Positions 60,320 through 64,000 of a stretch of DNA of 64,000 bases are shown here, in pieces; position 1 is the first letter of the stretch, and the number at the start of each line of letters is the position of its first letter. The notes below the pieces were generated by a model, which had not been told where the DNA came from, made no database searches, and saw only the letters and a list, made by a program, of their open reading frames with translations. This DNA is from Nostoc sp. (GTDB taxonomy: Bacteria; Cyanobacteriota; Cyanobacteriia; Cyanobacteriales; Nostocaceae). The translations under genes and the position numbers were made by a program. Where the stretch lies: contig JBALDB010000038.1 in assembly GCA_036918135.1 (NCBI GenBank), positions 105,455-169,454 of the forward strand, in the 5' to 3' direction.

Positions 60320-63064
60320 TTAATCACCTCCATCAAAAATATCTTCTAATACCAACTCAAGAAAGTTTGTTGAATCAGCCTTTGCCTGTTCTCCCTTGGC
60401 TTCTTCTACTATTGGCGTTGGAACTTCTACCCCTGGTTTGTAATGGACGATATTACCGTCTGCATCTTTAATTGGGTTCCCGTGTTCATCCTTTGGATCG
60501 GTTTGCGATATCTCTCTTTTTAAATCAGCCGTACTGCTACTGATACCGCCTAGTACATCTTTAAAAGCAATAGGAATAGCGACGACTGCGGCAATAGAAC
60601 TCAATTTTTCATTAGTCGTGTTCATGAAAGAGAAGAATTTACCTTGAAGATTCGGCTGTGGGTTCATGTACCCATAGGCATTTTCTAATAGCACCCCACC
60701 TTTTCTTAATGCGTTCCCTATCTTGCCAAGATTACCGCCAATAACTTCTAATCCAGTTGTGATTAGCCCCCCAAGTTGAGTAACTTGATTGAAGACATTT
60801 GAGGTTGCTTGATATATTCGGTTTGCTTTCTGCCAGTCTTCACTTAGCGTAGTGTAGTTGGCTTCCCCAATAGTGTCAGCAATTACTTCATGTACCGCTT
60901 TTCCTAATACTTCTGAGAAGTTAATTGGATTACCATCTATACCCTTGGGAAGGATAAATCCAAGTACTTGGTCAATAATCATAATTAACGTTTGACCGAG
61001 TTGATTACTTAGCATTAATCCGTTATGCACTGTTACGGCAAACGTTAAAACTGATAAAGCTTTTTCAAGGTATGTATTTTTGGCGATAGTTTCTATGAAG
61101 CCGGAAATACCTCCTGTCACTTGCTTACCAAGCTTATTGTTAATAATGTTTAGTAATGCTAATTGCGCTGCATCACTAAACTTACTCACAATGTCAAATA
61201 TCTGCTTACATAATGCAAAAATTGGCGCTAATGCTGCCATAATTGGCGTCAGAATTGTTGTTCTAGTGGTATTGTGCTGAGCGACGTTGCTAGTCCTAGT
61301 TTGATTGTGTTGAGAAACAATTAACGCCCTTAATCCTGCTAAGTCTGCTGGATTCACGTCTTTACCGTCCCTTCCGTTGATACCGTTAAATCCGTTTCTG
61401 CCTGGTCTGCCGGGAAGTCCGTTAAGTCCGTCTCTGCCCGGTTTGCCGTCTCTACCTGGAATTTGGATAATTTGAGTTATTCCTGGAGCGCCCTGCACTC
61501 CATCACGTCCTGGACGACCATCTAAACCGTTGCGACCGTTTAACCCGTCCCTACCTGGGATACCCTGCCTACCAGGAATACCAGGATCGCCTTTGAGTCC
61601 TTTGAGATACTTGATTCCCTGATACAGTGAAATAGCTGTTAGGGCAATGCCTAGCGCTTCACCTGCTTTTTGCAAAGCTTGAGTACCAATTTGTTTGGCC
61701 TGTTCGCCGATGCCCTTAGCCTCGTTGGCTTTGTTGAAAGCGGTTGTAGCGTTTTCGTTAGCCCTACTTGCATTACGTACCGCACTATCAGCGGTGGTCT
61801 GTGCTTGATTAGCTGCACTTTGTGCTACTCCGGCTGCACTACGGGCATTTTGTCCAATTGCAACTGCTCTATTGCCGACAGCTAAAGCGTCACTAGCAAG
61901 TACTCGCACTCCGGAAACATCTCCTTCTACTCGCTGTATGCGATTCTGAAGACCGAGCAATCTACCCAAAATATTAGATACATCATTGGCAACTGAATCT
62001 ACTAACCGCTCTACAGCGTCAATGCGTTCGCCAAGGATATTAAGTACAGCTAACTGTTCGAGTAAGGTGAAGATTGTGGCAATGATATTAAATATCTCAA
62101 GTATTCTACTGGCTAATTTACCTGTAGCTAATATTGCTTGTTCGCTTAATCCGATTGCTTTACCAGCTTTCAGAATGGCATCGCCTACAGAGTTTTCTAA
62201 TTTCGTTACTAAATTTCCTAGTTGCCCTACCTTGCCTTTTACCCCTTCAACAACCCCCTTTAATCCTGATACTTCTGATGATGCATTTAAAGCTTCTGAC
62301 GATGCCTTAACTGCGGCTGATGTCGCTCCTTCTGCTTTGGATAATGAAGTGCTAGCAATCCTTTCTGCTGAATTAGAACGATTTACAGCATTTCCGGCTT
62401 TAAAATCAGCCTGATTGGCAATATTGTTTGCTAATTCAGATTTTTGAGATGCACTTCTAGCAATATCTATTGAATTAGTAGCTTTCCTTTGTGCGGTAAA
62501 AGCGTCGTTTTGTGCCTTAAAAGCTACGTCATTTGCCCTATTTGCTATGTTGGTTGCTGTACCCGCTGCTGAAGTTGCCGACCTTGCTTCACTACTAGCT
62601 GTCTGAGCCGTATTTTTAGCACTGTTGGCTGTTGATTGGGCTTGTCCTGCTGTTCGAGATGATTCTAGAGCCTCATTCTTTGCTGTAACAGCCTCAGAAA
62701 TAGCTTGCTCGGATTTTCTTTTGGCAGCTAGTGAGTTGTTTTCGCTGTTGGTAGCAGCATTTTCAGCACGAAAACTTCTCTCGATGGATTCTTTAGCAGT
62801 ACTTAAAGCGTTATTTATTTGCGGTTCTAGCTTGCTATAAACCACAGCCACTGCTGCTGTCGCCGCAGGTGCAATTTGGGGAACAATACTAGCCTCAGAA
62901 GCTTTAACCGAACGCTGTACAATCGCATTTTCATCTACATTTTTTAAGCCTGCTATTTGTGCTTTTAATTGATTAATTTGGGATTGCAAGTTGGCACAGC
63001 AATCACATTTACCAGCACAATTCAAAGCCTGCTGGAGATGAGAAATTGTGCTAGAAGAAGACAT
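60320..63064 (-). CDS. 914-aa Ala-rich coiled-coil plus collagen-like (Gly-X-Y) protein
   Basis: CAGKCDCC N-terminus, long A/S/N/T heptad stalk, two Gly-X-Y tracts (about 61355-61600), several hydrophobic helices. Confidence 0.85.
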   Translation of the reverse strand: MSSSSTISHLQQALNCAGKCDCCANLQSQINQLKAQIAGLKNVDENAIVQRSVKASEASIVPQIAPAATAAVAVVYSKLEPQINNALSTAKESIERSFRAENAATNSENNSLAAKRKSEQAISEAVTAKNEALESSRTAGQAQSTANSAKNTAQTASSEARSATSAAGTATNIANRANDVAFKAQNDAFTAQRKATNSIDIARSASQKSELANNIANQADFKAGNAVNRSNSAERIASTSLSKAEGATSAAVKASSEALNASSEVSGLKGVVEGVKGKVGQLGNLVTKLENSVGDAILKAGKAIGLSEQAILATGKLASRILEIFNIIATIFTLLEQLAVLNILGERIDAVERLVDSVANDVSNILGRLLGLQNRIQRVEGDVSGVRVLASDALAVGNRAVAIGQNARSAAGVAQSAANQAQTTADSAVRNASRANENATTAFNKANEAKGIGEQAKQIGTQALQKAGEALGIALTAISLYQGIKYLKGLKGDPGIPGRQGIPGRDGLNGRNGLDGRPGRDGVQGAPGITQIIQIPGRDGKPGRDGLNGLPGRPGRNGFNGINGRDGKDVNPADLAGLRALIVSQHNQTRTSNVAQHNTTRTTILTPIMAALAPIFALCKQIFDIVSKFSDAAQLALLNIINNKLGKQVTGGISGFIETIAKNTYLEKALSVLTFAVTVHNGLMLSNQLGQTLIMIIDQVLGFILPKGIDGNPINFSEVLGKAVHEVIADTIGEANYTTLSEDWQKANRIYQATSNVFNQVTQLGGLITTGLEVIGGNLGKIGNALRKGGVLLENAYGYMNPQPNLQGKFFSFMNTTNEKLSSIAAVVAIPIAFKDVLGGISSSTADLKREISQTDPKDEHGNPIKDADGNIVHYKPGVEVPTPIVEEAKGEQAKADSTNFLELVLEDIFDGGD

Positions 63065-63499
63065 TTAGGAGCAATTCCTTAATTTAAGTTGATTAGCTAA
63101 TCCTTCGATTTGTGCCCATTCACTATTAGGAATGCACTTACCACTACAACCAGTTCCGCAAGCAGTTTCGCATTCACTTAATGAAGTGTACAAACCTGGT
63201 GTGTTGTAAACTGATTTCTTTATACATGCACCGTTTATGCAATCGTAGGCAATAATTGGAGGGGCACAAGTATTAGAAAAGCTATCGTAAGAAACATTAA
63301 AATCATTTGGTGGATAGTAGGAACCCGCCAGCGTAACTGTTCCTTGCTCGCCATCTGAGCGAACATCATACCTTCTGGGATTACTAACGCCGGGATACCA
63401 ATAGACGTAAGCTGATTGGTAGCTGCCATCAGGTACATCAAAAGTGGCGCTACCCCCGCCATAATTGGAGGAATAATTAATAGTAAGCTGGCAAGCCAT
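63065..63499 (-). CDS. Hypothetical protein with Cys-rich C-terminal domain
   Basis: YDCINGAC...ECETACGTGCSGKC; abuts the 914-aa gene (TAA-ATG). Confidence 0.75.
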   Translation of the reverse strand: MACQLTINYSSNYGGGSATFDVPDGSYQSAYVYWYPGVSNPRRYDVRSDGEQGTVTLAGSYYPPNDFNVSYDSFSNTCAPPIIAYDCINGACIKKSVYNTPGLYTSLSECETACGTGCSGKCIPNSEWAQIEGLANQLKLRNCS

Positions 63500-63849
63500 T
63501 AGTAGTTATCGGGGTCAATCGTTGCAGTGCTATCAATTTTTGCAAGGCTAATTGTTAGCTGATCCACTCTGTAATCGTCATTTCCTCTAGTTGTAAAACT
63601 AGAAAACCCCTTAGCAATATAAATACTTTGGTCGGTATTTGCATCAAAGTTCGTTTGTGTTAGATAACTTTGTGCATTCAATGCGATTGCTGCGAAATGT
63701 CCTTCGGCGCTTGCGGTAGTCGGTGTAGCTAATCCTGCTGTGACAAAAGCACTGTCAGGAATAAATAAACCAGCGCTTGGTGTAGCTGCCCCGCTTGCAA
63801 GTCTTGTTGCTCCAGTTCCGAAAATTTCTGTAATTGTTGGCTCTGCCAT
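63499..63849 (-). CDS. Hypothetical protein (116 aa, MAEPTITEIFG...IDPDNY)
   Basis: Probable ATG 63849; TAATG stop/start overlap with the next gene. Confidence 0.75.
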   Translation of the reverse strand: MAEPTITEIFGTGATRLASGAATPSAGLFIPDSAFVTAGLATPTTASAEGHFAAIALNAQSYLTQTNFDANTDQSIYIAKGFSSFTTRGNDDYRVDQLTISLAKIDSTATIDPDNY

Positions 63850-64000
63850 AAAACTAGATTTTTGAACAAGTGAATAAATCTGTTTTATGCGGTGGTTAAA
63901 TTTATGTAAATCTTCTTCTTTTATGTAAAACAAGAACAATTGCTGAGGACTTTGAAAGCTTGTGGTAATTACGATAGAGGTCAATTCAGTTAACAGCTGA

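Larger units (their letters stand above)
57573..64000 (-). mobile_element. Putative virus-like/integrated element structural cassette (partial; likely continues beyond the window)
   Basis: Eight co-oriented uncharacterised ORFs, translational coupling, collagen-like fibre, no HIP1 sites seen, next to a tRNA. Confidence 0.55.

Noticed and set aside
57573..64000. Assigning the cassette to a specific phage class (tailed phage, inovirus) or contractile injection system
   Set aside because: No hallmark protein is recognisable within the window.

Overview
This is 64 kb of chromosome from a heterocyst-forming cyanobacterium (Nostoc/Nostocales-like). The assignment rests on dense HIP1 (GCGATCGC) sites, heptamer STRR arrays, SDR-type micro-repeats and xisH/xisI. 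Most of the window (1-57.5 kb) is ordinary housekeeping and accessory genes: an RND efflux pair, DAHP synthase, a PLD-like protein, cysteine desulfurase, metalloprotease, LOG, DacB, HtrA, DGC, panD, ppa, ABC ATPases, GH3, SSB, flavodoxin, M1P guanylyltransferase/PMM, peroxiredoxins, glycogen debranching enzyme, ArsR-SRPBCC-VOC and tRNA-Met(CAT). Four things stand out. (1) Two complete ribosome-dependent attenuators lie in tandem upstream of the DAHP synthase gene. Each has an unannotated Phe/Tyr/Trp-rich leader peptide, an antiterminator and an intrinsic terminator, and a near-consensus sigma70 promoter precedes them. (2) A HIP1-free, co-oriented, translationally coupled cassette of uncharacterised genes runs from 57.57 kb to the window end. 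It includes a 914-aa coiled-coil/collagen protein and looks like the structural module of an unrecognised virus-like element. (3) Two decayed isiA/CP43-family remnants flank an intact flavodoxin-IsiC-like pair. (4) A GC-rich hybrid histidine kinase pseudogene has a 24-nt micro-element inserted in its H-box at a HIP1-like site. All calls come from reading the sequence by eye; no database searches were run.
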